Assembly (NCBI GenBank): GCA_038153405.1
Contig: JAYOYH010000004.1
Location: forward strand, 64,001 to 128,000
Source: Gemmatimonadota bacterium
Lineage (GTDB): Bacteria; Latescibacterota; UBA2968; UBA8231
Length of the DNA stretch: 64,000 nt
Direction: 5' to 3'
Below the pieces are notes generated by a model. That model searched no databases. It was not told the origin of the DNA and saw only the letters and a program-made list of their open reading frames with translations. A program made the translations under genes and the position numbers. Positions 38,960 through 48,502 of the stretch are shown one piece after another (the stretch's first letter is position 1; every line of letters begins with the position of its first letter).

Positions 38960-40726
38960 ATGAACGCATCCCAGCGACCTAACATCGTTTTTGTGCTCAC
39001 CGACGACCAAGGCTATGGCGACTTAGGTTGCCACGGCAACGGCGCGATAAACACTCCGCATATCGATCGCTTTTACGGCCGCGCCGTGCGCTTTAGCAAC
39101 TACCACGTCGGCAGCACCTGTGCCCCGACGCGCGCCGGCATTCTCACCGGCCACTACTGCAACAGCGCCGGCGTCTGGCATACCATCGGCGGTCGCTCGC
39201 TGCTGCGCGCCGACGAATGGACGCTGGCCAACGCCCTGCGCGAGGCCGGCTACCGAACCGGCCACTTTGGCAAGTGGCATTTGGGCGACAGCGCGCCCTA
39301 TCGACCGCACGAGCGCGGCTTTGAGGAAACCGTCTACCACGCCGGCGGTGGCATCGGCAACACCGGCGATGCCTGGGGCAACGACTATTTCGACGACACC
39401 TATTTTAAAAACGGAGAGCCCGCCCCCTTTAGCGGCTACTGCACAGACGTATTTTTCCGCGAGGGCCTGCGCTTTATTGAGGAACACAGCGACGAGCCAT
39501 TTTTCTGCTATATTGCCACCAACGCGCCGCACGGTCCGCTCAACGTCGAGCCGCACTACGTCGAGCCCTATCGCACAACGACGCCGCACGAAGACCGCGC
39601 GCGCTTTTACGGCATGATATCCAATATAGACGAGAATTTTGGCCGCCTCGTGACCCATTTAGAAACACTGGGCATCGCCGACCAAACGATCTTGGTATTC
39701 ATGACCGACAACGGCACGGCGACCGGCGTCGAGCTCGACGCGGAGCAGTTTCCGCTCGAGGGGCCCGGATCGTTTAACGCCGGTATGCGCGGAAAAAAGG
39801 GGTCGCCCTACGAGGGCGGCCATCGCGTGCCTTTTTTCTTGCGCTACGCCGACGGCGGCTTTGCACACGGGCGCGACATCAATGCCCTGACCTCCTACGT
39901 CGATTTTATGCCTACCCTGCTCGATCTGTGCAGAATCGACGTGCCCGCCGAACGAACGTTCCACGGACACAGCCTGACCCCTCTGCTGCGCGGCACCGAA
40001 GACGCGACTTGGGCTGAACGCACCACGTTCTGCGACACCCAGCGCGTTGCCCGACCCGTCAAATGGCGACGCAGCGCCGTAATGCAGGGCCCCTGGCGCT
40101 TGATCGACGGCCGGGCACTGTACAATCTGGAAGACGACCCGGGTCAGCGCAGCGATATGGCCACACGCCATCCGGACCGCGTTATCGCCCTGCGTGCGGC
40201 CTACGAGGACTGGTGGACGCTCGTTTCAACTCAATTTGACCGCGATGAACCCATCGCTCTGGGCGCAGACGACAGCACCGTAAAGATTACGACCCACGAC
40301 CTGCGCAACGAAAGCTGCAACGTCGCTTGGAACCAAGGACAGGTGCGCGCTGGACAGGTGTGCAGTGGCTATTGGGCGGTGGATATCAAACGGCCCGGAC
40401 GCTACCATATCGAGCTGCGCCGCTGGCCGGAAGAAACCGGCTATGCCCTGCAGGCCAGTATCGACGGCGATGATAGCCACTGGCGCCGCGACAGCATCAA
40501 GGCCAGTGACGCCCATTTCTACGAGGGCGGCCAAGCCATTGCCGTGCAGTGGGCACAGGTCGAGATCGCCGGCACGACGCAGCACAGCGAAGTCTCAGCC
40601 GAAGATGCCAGCGCGCTATTCTCGCTCGAACTGGCCGCGGGGCCCACGCAGCTCTTTGCGGCATTCTACGATAGCAAAGAGCGCTGCATGGCACCCTACT
40701 ACGCCTACGTGCGCTACGCTGGATAA
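38960..40726 (+). CDS. Arylsulfatase (Cys type) with C-terminal extension
   Basis: PNIVFVLTDDQGYGD, CAPTRAGILTG, GKWHLGD, TDNG, YEGGHRVP. Confidence 0.95.
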   Translation: MNASQRPNIVFVLTDDQGYGDLGCHGNGAINTPHIDRFYGRAVRFSNYHVGSTCAPTRAGILTGHYCNSAGVWHTIGGRSLLRADEWTLANALREAGYRTGHFGKWHLGDSAPYRPHERGFEETVYHAGGGIGNTGDAWGNDYFDDTYFKNGEPAPFSGYCTDVFFREGLRFIEEHSDEPFFCYIATNAPHGPLNVEPHYVEPYRTTTPHEDRARFYGMISNIDENFGRLVTHLETLGIADQTILVFMTDNGTATGVELDAEQFPLEGPGSFNAGMRGKKGSPYEGGHRVPFFLRYADGGFAHGRDINALTSYVDFMPTLLDLCRIDVPAERTFHGHSLTPLLRGTEDATWAERTTFCDTQRVARPVKWRRSAVMQGPWRLIDGRALYNLEDDPGQRSDMATRHPDRVIALRAAYEDWWTLVSTQFDRDEPIALGADDSTVKITTHDLRNESCNVAWNQGQVRAGQVCSGYWAVDIKRPGRYHIELRRWPEETGYALQASIDGDDSHWRRDSIKASDAHFYEGGQAIAVQWAQVEIAGTTQHSEVSAEDASALFSLELAAGPTQLFAAFYDSKERCMAPYYAYVRYAG

Positions 40727-40934
40727 GCATACCATGAAGAACATGAGAACCAAGGTCTCCTTATCACGCACCCCAATAGACCGACATGCAGAGCGTCCGT
40801 ATCAGCAAGCAGTTGGACCCGTCCAGCATCGCGATAGATGATGCACAAGCCTCGATCCGGGCAGCGCAATTGTCTAAAGCCGGGCATGCGGCGTCACCCC
40901 AAAGCACCGCGCTCCACTGCGCCCTAGCAGAGCG

Positions 40935-41654
40935 CTATGTAGCCGTTCCGATATTGCCCAAATACGCCTCGACTTCGGCAATGTCGAGCACGTCGCCCAG
41001 ATCGATATCGATATCCAGCATATTGACCTCGTGCAGCAGTTCGCAGCGCTCACCCACGGCTTGGCGCGGCACCACGACGCGAAAAGTGTGGGCTGCATCG
41101 CGGCACGTGGCGTAGACACAGTGGCTCGTGCTAACGCCGGTTACGATCAGCGTGTCCACACCGAGCGCCGTCAGCATATCGAGCAGGTTGGTGCCCTTAA
41201 ATGCCGAGGCGTACTTCTTGCGCACGATGCGCTCATCATCGCGCCGTTCGACGCGCGGATCAAGCCCGAATAGCGGCATGTCCTCCGGGTGTATATTGTC
41301 GGCGCACTTGCCGTCGTGGGGCGTCGGCGGGTCGGCCGGATCGTAGTCGTAGGTCGTAAAGATAACGGGAATCTCCGCCGCGCGAGCCGAACGCAGCATT
41401 CTACAGGCACCCTCTACCACAGCATCGACGTTGCTGCCCATAGGCGGCCGGCCCGGACGCGTCCACCACAGGGCTAGGTCGATAACAATCAGCGCTGGAC
41501 GCGCGCCAAATCCGGCCCGCGTGCCCCAACCCAATTCTATATAGCGCTCCTTGAGCTCGGCAATATGCGCTTTTAACGGCCCTCGTAGTTCATCGGGCAA
41601 ACGCAGCGCTGGCGAGCCAAAAGGCAGTGGTCCGTCTGTTTGATATGACGTCAT
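40935..41654 (-). CDS. Isochorismatase-family cysteine hydrolase (N-carbamoylsarcosine/maleamate amidase-like)
   Basis: GFGARPALIVID, KKYASAF.GT, GVSTSHCV (Asp-Lys-Cys triad). Confidence 0.88.
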   Translation of the reverse strand: MTSYQTDGPLPFGSPALRLPDELRGPLKAHIAELKERYIELGWGTRAGFGARPALIVIDLALWWTRPGRPPMGSNVDAVVEGACRMLRSARAAEIPVIFTTYDYDPADPPTPHDGKCADNIHPEDMPLFGLDPRVERRDDERIVRKKYASAFKGTNLLDMLTALGVDTLIVTGVSTSHCVYATCRDAAHTFRVVVPRQAVGERCELLHEVNMLDIDIDLGDVLDIAEVEAYLGNIGTAT

Positions 41655-41778
41655 TTTTTCCTCTCTCTGATAGATAGTCAAACCCGCAGCGAATACTGCG
41701 CAACGCGTGCGGCGAGCTGATCAATATAGCGTATGGCCATAGACGACACAGCACGCGCCAGTAACATTTTAACCGATG

Positions 41779-41804
41779 TGAAACCGAACTGTGGACAGGA
41801 CGTC
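41779..41804 (+). promoter_or_regulatory. Possible ECF sigma promoter TGAAAC-N16-CGTC
   Basis: Exact hexamer and tetramer with a 16-nt spacer, upstream of the Spy-like gene. Confidence 0.35.
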
Positions 41805-41854
41805 CTCCTAAGTGAAGCAAATAACGCATGCGCTAAGAAAAAATGCGTCGAGCT

Positions 41855-41883
41855 GGAATGGAATCCCCACTGGCTCTGTCTAA
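41855..41883 (+). promoter_or_regulatory. ECF (sigmaE-like) promoter GGAAT-N18-GTCTAA
   Basis: GGAAT at 41855-41859 and GTCTAA at 41878-41883; the same motif lies upstream of the convergent gene. Confidence 0.6.
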
Positions 41884-41963
41884 CGAGCCCATAGGGGCAC
41901 TGTGCACAATCGACGCGGTGCCGAGTCAGTAGTTTTCAACTCTTATTAGGAGATCTTTTCTAT

Positions 41964-43007
41964 ATGCGGATAAAACACGTAGCGGCTCTAGCCTTGCTGA
42001 CAGTTATAATCCAGACGCCTCCCGCCGAGGCAAACGGACGCAAGGAGCAACGCGGGATTGGGGTCGAACAGCTGGGACTGAGCGAAGAGCAGCAAGCTCA
42101 ACTAGAAGCCATACGCACAGCGTTTGACGCGCGCGCACAAACGCTGCGCGAGACGCACAAATCTGATGAGCTAGCGGTTTTGAGCGAAGAGCAGTTGGCT
42201 ACGCTAACGGCCTACCGGAGCGAAGAGAATGGACGCGCAGGTCATCGCATTGACCTAGGTCTCAGCGAAGAGCAAATGGCCGCGATAAGGGACCTCGGCG
42301 CCGCCTATAAAGAGGCGCGCACTGCACTCCAACAAGCGCGCAGAGAGGCCGTGGCCGCCCTGCTAACCGACGAGCAGTTGACCGCACTTGCCGCGCTGCG
42401 CAACCCGCCATCAATGCGCGGTCAGCGCATTTCCCTAGCCGAACGGCTGGGACTCAGCGCAGAACAACAGACGGAGCTCACGGCGCTGCGCACAAACTAT
42501 GCCGAGCGCGCACAGGCGCTGCACGAAGCGCACCGAGCCGACAAACGGTCCGTTCTAACAGAGGAGCAGCTAGCCGCGCTGATAGCCTATCATAGCGAGG
42601 GACATCGCCGCGGCGACAAACATCTCAACTTGGGTCTGAGCGACGATCAGATCAGCTCCATTAACGATCTCGACGCGACCTATCGCCAAGCGCGCACCTC
42701 CCTATATGCAGCCCATCAGGAAGCTGTAGCTGCCCTGCTGACCGAAGAGCAATTAGCCCTACTCGAAGCGCTGCACAGCGCGCCGCCGTTTCGCGGCATC
42801 CACCGCGGTCGACATGGATATGGCAATCGCGTCGAAGCAAACAGGGGCGGCGGTGCAAACGAATCCATCGACGGGCTTGCCGATCCCGGCACTGGCGAAG
42901 GGCAGACGGGTGAATCTTCCCTGCTGTGGTCCGGTGCCAGCGAGTTGACAACCGCAGTAGAAAACACCCGTTGGGGACGCATTAAGAACGACCTTTTGAG
43001 AAAGTAA
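41964..43007 (+). CDS. Secreted Spy/CpxP (LTXXQ)-repeat protein with C-terminal TAVE..WG.IK motif
   Basis: Signal peptide ending AEA; eight LSEEQ/LTDEQ-type motifs in two ~120-aa repeats; AGGAG RBS. Confidence 0.75.
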   Translation: MRIKHVAALALLTVIIQTPPAEANGRKEQRGIGVEQLGLSEEQQAQLEAIRTAFDARAQTLRETHKSDELAVLSEEQLATLTAYRSEENGRAGHRIDLGLSEEQMAAIRDLGAAYKEARTALQQARREAVAALLTDEQLTALAALRNPPSMRGQRISLAERLGLSAEQQTELTALRTNYAERAQALHEAHRADKRSVLTEEQLAALIAYHSEGHRRGDKHLNLGLSDDQISSINDLDATYRQARTSLYAAHQEAVAALLTEEQLALLEALHSAPPFRGIHRGRHGYGNRVEANRGGGANESIDGLADPGTGEGQTGESSLLWSGASELTTAVENTRWGRIKNDLLRK

Positions 43008-43045
43008 AACAGACGGGCGCACGCATCGGCGAAGGACCGAAAGCA

Positions 43046-43082
43046 GAGGGGGGCTGCGCTACGATCTACCGCAGCCCCCCTC
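43046..43082. terminator. 13-bp perfect hairpin between convergent genes
   Basis: GAGGGGGGCTGCG-N11-CGCAGCCCCCCTC; U tract weak. Confidence 0.55.
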
Positions 43083-43135
43083 GCGCGTTCTATCCTTGAG
43101 CGCTAGCGCGCTGCAGTTTTCTAATGCGCTGCGAC

Positions 43136-43618
43136 CTAGAATCCACGCTGGCCACCGCCACGCTGGCCACCGCCACCGCCGCGCTGACCACCGCCACCCC
43201 ACTGACCGCGACGAGCCTGCGCCTCTTCCATTTGCTGGTTAAACTTACTAAGTTGGTCTTCGTTGAGCACCTGACCCAACGTCGCCATCACCTCCTCGCG
43301 CACAGTCTCCATATGCTCGCGCATGGCCTCGCGCATAGCCTGCCAATCACCGCCAGCCATATCGACCATCGCGCTCTGCTGCTTGACATACGTGTTCTTG
43401 AGACCAGCTCGCAGCTTGACCAACTGCTCGTCCGTAACAGCGAACCGATCGTCAAAAGCCAGCATACCCAGCACTTGCTCGGGTGACAGTCCCCCCCCCA
43501 TCATACCGCGACCACCCCCCTGCCCGCGCCCCCCGCCGCCGGGCTGGGCCACTGCGGGTAGGGCGACCAGCAGGCAGCCCAGCGCTACGCCTAACATCCA
43601 TTTGTACCGATTCGACAT
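43136..43618 (-). CDS. Small secreted Gly-rich LTXXQ/Spy-like protein
   Basis: Signal peptide ending AVA; VTDEQ and LNEDQ motifs; GGGQR repeats; AAGGAG RBS. Confidence 0.7.
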   Translation of the reverse strand: MSNRYKWMLGVALGCLLVALPAVAQPGGGGRGQGGGRGMMGGGLSPEQVLGMLAFDDRFAVTDEQLVKLRAGLKNTYVKQQSAMVDMAGGDWQAMREAMREHMETVREEVMATLGQVLNEDQLSKFNQQMEEAQARRGQWGGGGQRGGGGGQRGGGQRGF

Positions 43619-43663
43619 GTCCCCATTCTCCTTTTGTTTAAGAGGGCTATTAATGCCCCCCCA

Positions 43664-43692
43664 TTAGACAGTGATGGGAACCATAGTATTCC
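43664..43692 (-). promoter_or_regulatory. ECF (sigmaE-like) promoter GGAAT-N18-GTCTAA
   Basis: Plus-strand ATTCC at 43688-43692 and TTAGAC at 43664-43669 with an 18-nt spacer, 45 nt upstream of ATG 43618. Confidence 0.6.
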
Positions 43693-43755
43693 CCCGCAAC
43701 TCGATCTCTCGGCCACGTTTCGCCAGCAACGCCTCGGTGTGTTGGAAGGCAGCGC

Positions 43756-44916
43756 TCAACCAGCGAGCTGTTCTTCGAGAAATTCAAAGGCGCGCCGCGT
43801 AGCCGCCACGTGCCCCTCGCCGTGGTCGATGAATTCAAAGCGCGCCGCCAGCCCCAACTGCCGATAATGGGCGGCCACCGTCACGCTCTCTCGGCGCGCC
43901 GCCTCCTGGTCAACGGCGCCATCGTGAATGCCCGCTTCGACGGCAAAGGCGCGCGGCGCAATGAGCGAAGCGATATCAGCATCGGAAAAAGAGGAGACCT
44001 GTGCGGGTAGAATCTGCCCTTCGGCAAACCAATCGAGATAGTTGGTGCGACTATAGGGTCCGATGAGTTTGGGCAGGCGTTCGTTGAAGTAGGCGCTGCA
44101 CACGCTGGCGCGGACCCGCCCGTCGAGCGCTGGCAAATACAGCGCCGTCTGCCCGCCGCGCGATAGGCCATAGCAGCCAATGCGCCCAGCGTCGACCGCC
44201 TCGTCCTGCACGAGCAGATCGACACCGCGCGATGAGGCCATGACGTCTAGGCCCAACAGCGTGCCGCCGGCCAGCACGCAGAGGCGGTGCAGGCGATTCT
44301 TGCCGTAGTGCACATCGCGATCGGCAAAGCCGGGCAGCGGCACGTCGACCGCATCGCTGGCCGTTCCATAGCCGCTGGGATGGTGTGGAGCAACGACGCA
44401 GTATCCGCGTCGCACTGCCCGCAACCCCATAGAGCGATAGGCGTAGTCCTCGGCGTTGGCGCTGGCTACCAGCCCACAGGCCATCTCCGGCGTGCCCATA
44501 TAGCCGTGCTGCACCAACAACCCGGGATGAGGGCCCGGTGATTTGGGCCGCATGCACACCGCATAGGTTTGCAAACCGGGCAAAATCTCGTAAAAAAAGC
44601 GCGTGGCAATGGCCCCCTCGTCTTCCCACAGCAGCGCCTCTTCTCGTGCAATAGCCGATGTGCGCCCCTGTGGCTCAGACCAAAAACCCAACATTCGCGC
44701 AAAGCGCTGGCGCATCGGCTCTACGCTCTCTACGTACGCTTGGGCACTGGTGTAATCGCGCGTCCACTGTGCCGGACGAGCGCTGTCCAGGTCGACCAAG
44801 TGATCGCGTAGGTAGCGCTCATAGGATTGGTATGCGCGCTGGCGATGGTCATCTACGGCCCGTGGGTCAACGGGTTCTACGTTGGCGGCACCGGCCGGCT
44901 GCTCGATTTCATGCAT
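43756..44916 (-). CDS. Alpha/beta hydrolase (dienelactone hydrolase / Abhydrolase_7-like)
   Basis: VQHG, RIGCYGLSRGG nucleophile elbow, G.HD, distal GH. Confidence 0.8.
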   Translation of the reverse strand: MHEIEQPAGAANVEPVDPRAVDDHRQRAYQSYERYLRDHLVDLDSARPAQWTRDYTSAQAYVESVEPMRQRFARMLGFWSEPQGRTSAIAREEALLWEDEGAIATRFFYEILPGLQTYAVCMRPKSPGPHPGLLVQHGYMGTPEMACGLVASANAEDYAYRSMGLRAVRRGYCVVAPHHPSGYGTASDAVDVPLPGFADRDVHYGKNRLHRLCVLAGGTLLGLDVMASSRGVDLLVQDEAVDAGRIGCYGLSRGGQTALYLPALDGRVRASVCSAYFNERLPKLIGPYSRTNYLDWFAEGQILPAQVSSFSDADIASLIAPRAFAVEAGIHDGAVDQEAARRESVTVAAHYRQLGLAARFEFIDHGEGHVAATRRAFEFLEEQLAG

Positions 44917-44920
44917 GGCG

Positions 44921-47479
44921 TCAATCGCCCAGCAAACGCACGATGCCGCGCGTTCCGTCCACCTCGACCTCCATGCCTTCCTCTAATACGCGCATAGCCT
45001 GCGCGGCGTTGACGACCGCCGGCAAACCCAGCTCGCGTGCGACGAGGGAGGAGTGACTCGCGCCTCCGCCAATTTCTACGACCAGGGCAGCGGCGACCAG
45101 CATCAGCGGCGTCAGCTGTGGACTGGCGGCGTGCGTGACCAACACGTCGCCCTCTTCCAACGCCAGATCGACCTGACCGGCCCGCACAAAGCGCACGCGG
45201 CCGCGCCGCACGCCCGGACTGACGCCCTGGGCTACGATCCGCCGCCCTTCTGCGTCGTCGAAATACCCCTTTTCAGCATCGCGCTCTTCGGCTTTACCAA
45301 GCACGTCGGGCGCATCCAACTGGCGCCATTGTTCCCAAGTGCGGCGCCGTCCTTCGGCCACCGCTTGTAGCGATGCGACGGGCTGGCCGTCTTCCAGCGC
45401 CTGCAGCGCTCCAACGAACTCATCGCGTTCGAGAAAGAAGATCGCCTCGGACGCCTCTACGACTCCACCATCGACCAGGCGGGCGGACAGCTCCAGCACC
45501 GTGCGCCGCATCAGCGGCCAGCCGTACTGCAGATAGAAGTTAGCGTCTTCGCGCGCCGAGGCATTGGTTTGATAGTAATCGATAAGCGCCTCCATCATTT
45601 CGCGCTCTTCGCCTTCAACTTGGCCCAGCACGCGTTCGACGGTCGCCTCACGCAGCGCGGCAGCGCGCTGGCGCTGCTGTTCGGGGGCGACCAACTCGCG
45701 GCGCGCAAACGCAGCTATCACGCGGCACAGGCCCGACCAATCCTCGCCGGAGGTCGGCCAAAAAAAATCGATGCTGGTCAACTGATGGCCGTATTCGCCA
45801 GCGTACGAACGAACGCCTTCGGCCAACCATTCGGGCAGCTGTTCGAGCGGCGGCGCCGATTCCAGCAACGCTGCCAGCCCGTCTGTAGCGCGCACCTTCT
45901 GCGCCAGTTCATAGAGCGCTTGCTGACCGTCAAAAACGCGACTCGGGTAGCCGCTGAACAGCACGCTAAAGTGTTCGCGCCCGGCTTCGGGTATCTTTTC
46001 TTCGTAGTGAGGCTTGAACCCCATTTCTTCAAAGCCGTAACCGATCGGCGCGATAATATACCATATTTCGCCGGCCTCCTCGGCCAGCGCTTCGACCCAT
46101 CCAATCAGTTCGCGCACGCCGCTATGTGCTATATCGCGCCGGCGATGCTGGGCGAAGTGCTCGACATAGCCCGGCAGCAGGTGCCGATGCCAGTGGCGCA
46201 GATGCTCTTTACCCTCCTGCATATGGCGCAGGCGCTCCTGGCGTTTTTCTTCTTCGCTCTTTTCCGGCTCACCTTCCTTCTTGCCGCGATGGGGAAAGTT
46301 CTGTCGCGTGTAGAAATAGCCGTTGATCAGGCAAAACCACGGATGGGGCATCGAAAAGGTAGGACGGTGTTTCCACCCCAATCGCCCGGTGCCAAACTGC
46401 TCGCGCGCCGCCACCAGCTTGGGCAGGATCCACGAACCAAACAGGGGTGTTACCGCTTCGGGCAGCCACTCACCCAGACGCCAATTGCGCCGCCAGCGCG
46501 CGTTGGGAATGGGCGTTTTCCATTCGACACCGTCGCTTTCGCGCCGCTGCACCAAGGGGCGCGCCTGCAGCAGGTAGAGCTCGTCGGCGACCAGCGCCCA
46601 CTCCACGTCCTGCGGATCTCCCCCCAACGCCTCCTCTACGCCAAGGGCGAGTTTGGCGACGCGACTCGCCTGTTCCTCGCTGAGCGCGCGTCCGGCCCCG
46701 TCGACGGCCACCGCTTCAGTGCCGCCACCGCCTCTAGCTACGATCTGCTCGGTCTGGCCACCGGCCTCGTAGCTGAGCACGTCCCCGGAGGCGCGCCCAA
46801 TGACGATTTCATCGGCTGCTACCTTGCCGGATACCGTGCCTTCGCCCAAGCCCAGCGCCGCCGATACGTAGACCTGTTCATAGTCGCCGCTGAGCGGGTG
46901 TACGGTAAAGGCTACGCCCGCCGCCCGAGCAGGCACCATGGCCTGTATGACGACGCCCATGCGCAGCGGCTGGGCCGACATGTCGAGGGCGCGCACATAG
47001 CGTAAGGCGCGATCGCTGTACAGCGAAGCCCACACACCCTTCAGAGCCTCCACGCACGCTTCCAGCGAATGCAGATTGAGAAAGGAATCGTGCTGTCCGG
47101 CAAAGGACAGATCGGCGCGGTCCTCCAGCGTCGAAGAGGAACGCATCGCCACCGACACATCACCCAGTTCAGCCAGCGCCTGGCGCAGCGATTGGCGCAC
47201 GTCATCCTGCACCTGACCAGCGGCGATCAGATCGCGCAGGCGGGCGGGCCATGGACCCAACTCGGCCGGCGGACACGCGTCGATTACAGCGAGAAATTCG
47301 GCGGCCGTATCTGCGCTGCCGTTGGCGACCAAAAAGTGCGTAAGGGCATCGCTCGTTATGGCGAAACCGGCTGGCACGGCAAAACCCGCCGCGCTGAGCT
47401 GCGAAAGGCGCGAGGCCTTGGGACCACAGCGCCAGGCCGCATCGCCGTGCGCCTGGCCAAACGGCAGTATATACTCCAC
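44921..47479 (-). CDS. PEP-utilising-type dikinase/phosphotransferase with rifampin-phosphotransferase (RPH)-like domain order
   Basis: ATP-grasp motifs RSS..ED....SFAGQ and DVEWA...LLQARP, long central domain, C-terminal phospho-His swivel GG..SHSS.VARE.G.PAVV; no PEP-binding barrel. Confidence 0.85.
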   Translation of the reverse strand: MEYILPFGQAHGDAAWRCGPKASRLSQLSAAGFAVPAGFAITSDALTHFLVANGSADTAAEFLAVIDACPPAELGPWPARLRDLIAAGQVQDDVRQSLRQALAELGDVSVAMRSSSTLEDRADLSFAGQHDSFLNLHSLEACVEALKGVWASLYSDRALRYVRALDMSAQPLRMGVVIQAMVPARAAGVAFTVHPLSGDYEQVYVSAALGLGEGTVSGKVAADEIVIGRASGDVLSYEAGGQTEQIVARGGGGTEAVAVDGAGRALSEEQASRVAKLALGVEEALGGDPQDVEWALVADELYLLQARPLVQRRESDGVEWKTPIPNARWRRNWRLGEWLPEAVTPLFGSWILPKLVAAREQFGTGRLGWKHRPTFSMPHPWFCLINGYFYTRQNFPHRGKKEGEPEKSEEEKRQERLRHMQEGKEHLRHWHRHLLPGYVEHFAQHRRRDIAHSGVRELIGWVEALAEEAGEIWYIIAPIGYGFEEMGFKPHYEEKIPEAGREHFSVLFSGYPSRVFDGQQALYELAQKVRATDGLAALLESAPPLEQLPEWLAEGVRSYAGEYGHQLTSIDFFWPTSGEDWSGLCRVIAAFARRELVAPEQQRQRAAALREATVERVLGQVEGEEREMMEALIDYYQTNASAREDANFYLQYGWPLMRRTVLELSARLVDGGVVEASEAIFFLERDEFVGALQALEDGQPVASLQAVAEGRRRTWEQWRQLDAPDVLGKAEERDAEKGYFDDAEGRRIVAQGVSPGVRRGRVRFVRAGQVDLALEEGDVLVTHAASPQLTPLMLVAAALVVEIGGGASHSSLVARELGLPAVVNAAQAMRVLEEGMEVEVDGTRGIVRLLGD

Positions 47480-47490
47480 GGTCTCTCTCC

Positions 47491-48426
47491 CTAATCAGCG
47501 AGCATGGCGCTGAGCGCCTGTCGATCCTCGCCACTCAGCTCCCACTCGACGCCGGCGGCGTTGGCCACCACCTGTTCGGGCTGCGTCGCCCCGGCAATGA
47601 CTGACGATACGGCCGGCTGGGCACACAGGCCAGCAATCGCCAATTCCAATAGCGAGTGACTGCGCTCCTGTGCAAATGCTTCGAGCGCCTCGAGTATGGC
47701 GAAGTTGGCGTCGGTTAGTAGTTGCTCGCCGCGTTCCGACCCGGTCAAGCGCGCTCCCTTGGGCGACTCCTGCCCGCGGCGATACTTGCCGGTCAACAGG
47801 CCCGATTCAAGCGGGAAAAAGGGGATTACGCCCACGCCGTACTCCTCGCAGTAGGGAATTACCTCGCCCTCTATATCGCGCTTGAGCAGGTTGTAGTAGT
47901 TTTGCACCGAGACAAAGGGCTCCAGCCCGTCGCGACGCGCCGTCCACTCGGCCTCGCACAGATGCCAAGCGGCAAAGTTTGAACAGCCTATGTAGCGCAC
48001 TTTGCCCTGGCGCACCAAATCATCCAGCGCGCGCAGCGTCTCTTCAATCGGCACGCTGCGATCGACGCGATGAATCTGATAGAGATCGATATAATCCGTC
48101 TGCAGGCGCTGCAGGCTCTCCTCGACGCAGGTCATAATATGCTGGCGCGATCCCCCCATGCCCATTGGACCATCGTGCATTTTCATGCCGAATTTCGTGG
48201 CGATGAGCGCACGGTGACGACGCCCTTTAAGGGCTTGGCCAATATGCGTCTCGGACTCACCGGCCGAATAGATATTAGCCGTATCGATAAAGTTTACACC
48301 GACCTCTAGCGCTGCGTCGAGCACGCGCGCGCTCTGTGCTGCGTCGCAGCGGCGACCGAAATTATTCGTCCCCAACCCCAACAGCGATACTTCGAGGCCG
48401 GAGCGACCCAGGCGTCGATATTTCAT
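47491..48426 (-). CDS. Aldo/keto reductase
   Basis: LGRSGL.VS, FIDTANIY, IATKFG, DYIDLYQIH, GKVRYIGCSN. Confidence 0.93.
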   Translation of the reverse strand: MKYRRLGRSGLEVSLLGLGTNNFGRRCDAAQSARVLDAALEVGVNFIDTANIYSAGESETHIGQALKGRRHRALIATKFGMKMHDGPMGMGGSRQHIMTCVEESLQRLQTDYIDLYQIHRVDRSVPIEETLRALDDLVRQGKVRYIGCSNFAAWHLCEAEWTARRDGLEPFVSVQNYYNLLKRDIEGEVIPYCEEYGVGVIPFFPLESGLLTGKYRRGQESPKGARLTGSERGEQLLTDANFAILEALEAFAQERSHSLLELAIAGLCAQPAVSSVIAGATQPEQVVANAAGVEWELSGEDRQALSAMLAD

Positions 48427-48502
48427 AGCATACCTCTTTATACGAGAGAAAAAGATCCGCGCTCCAAGCTGAGCACAGACGTTTCCGGGGCCATCTTTAC
48501 AT

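Noticed and set aside
45569..47005. 478-aa plus-strand ORF and similar long antisense ORFs (e.g. 23743-24621, 33604-34590, 56194-57066)
   Set aside because: They shadow well-supported minus-strand genes, have no recognisable motifs, and are expected in high-GC DNA.
44921..47479. Calling this gene ppsA or rph
   Set aside because: It lacks the PEP-binding barrel of PEP synthase, and rifamycin specificity cannot be read from the divergent central domain.
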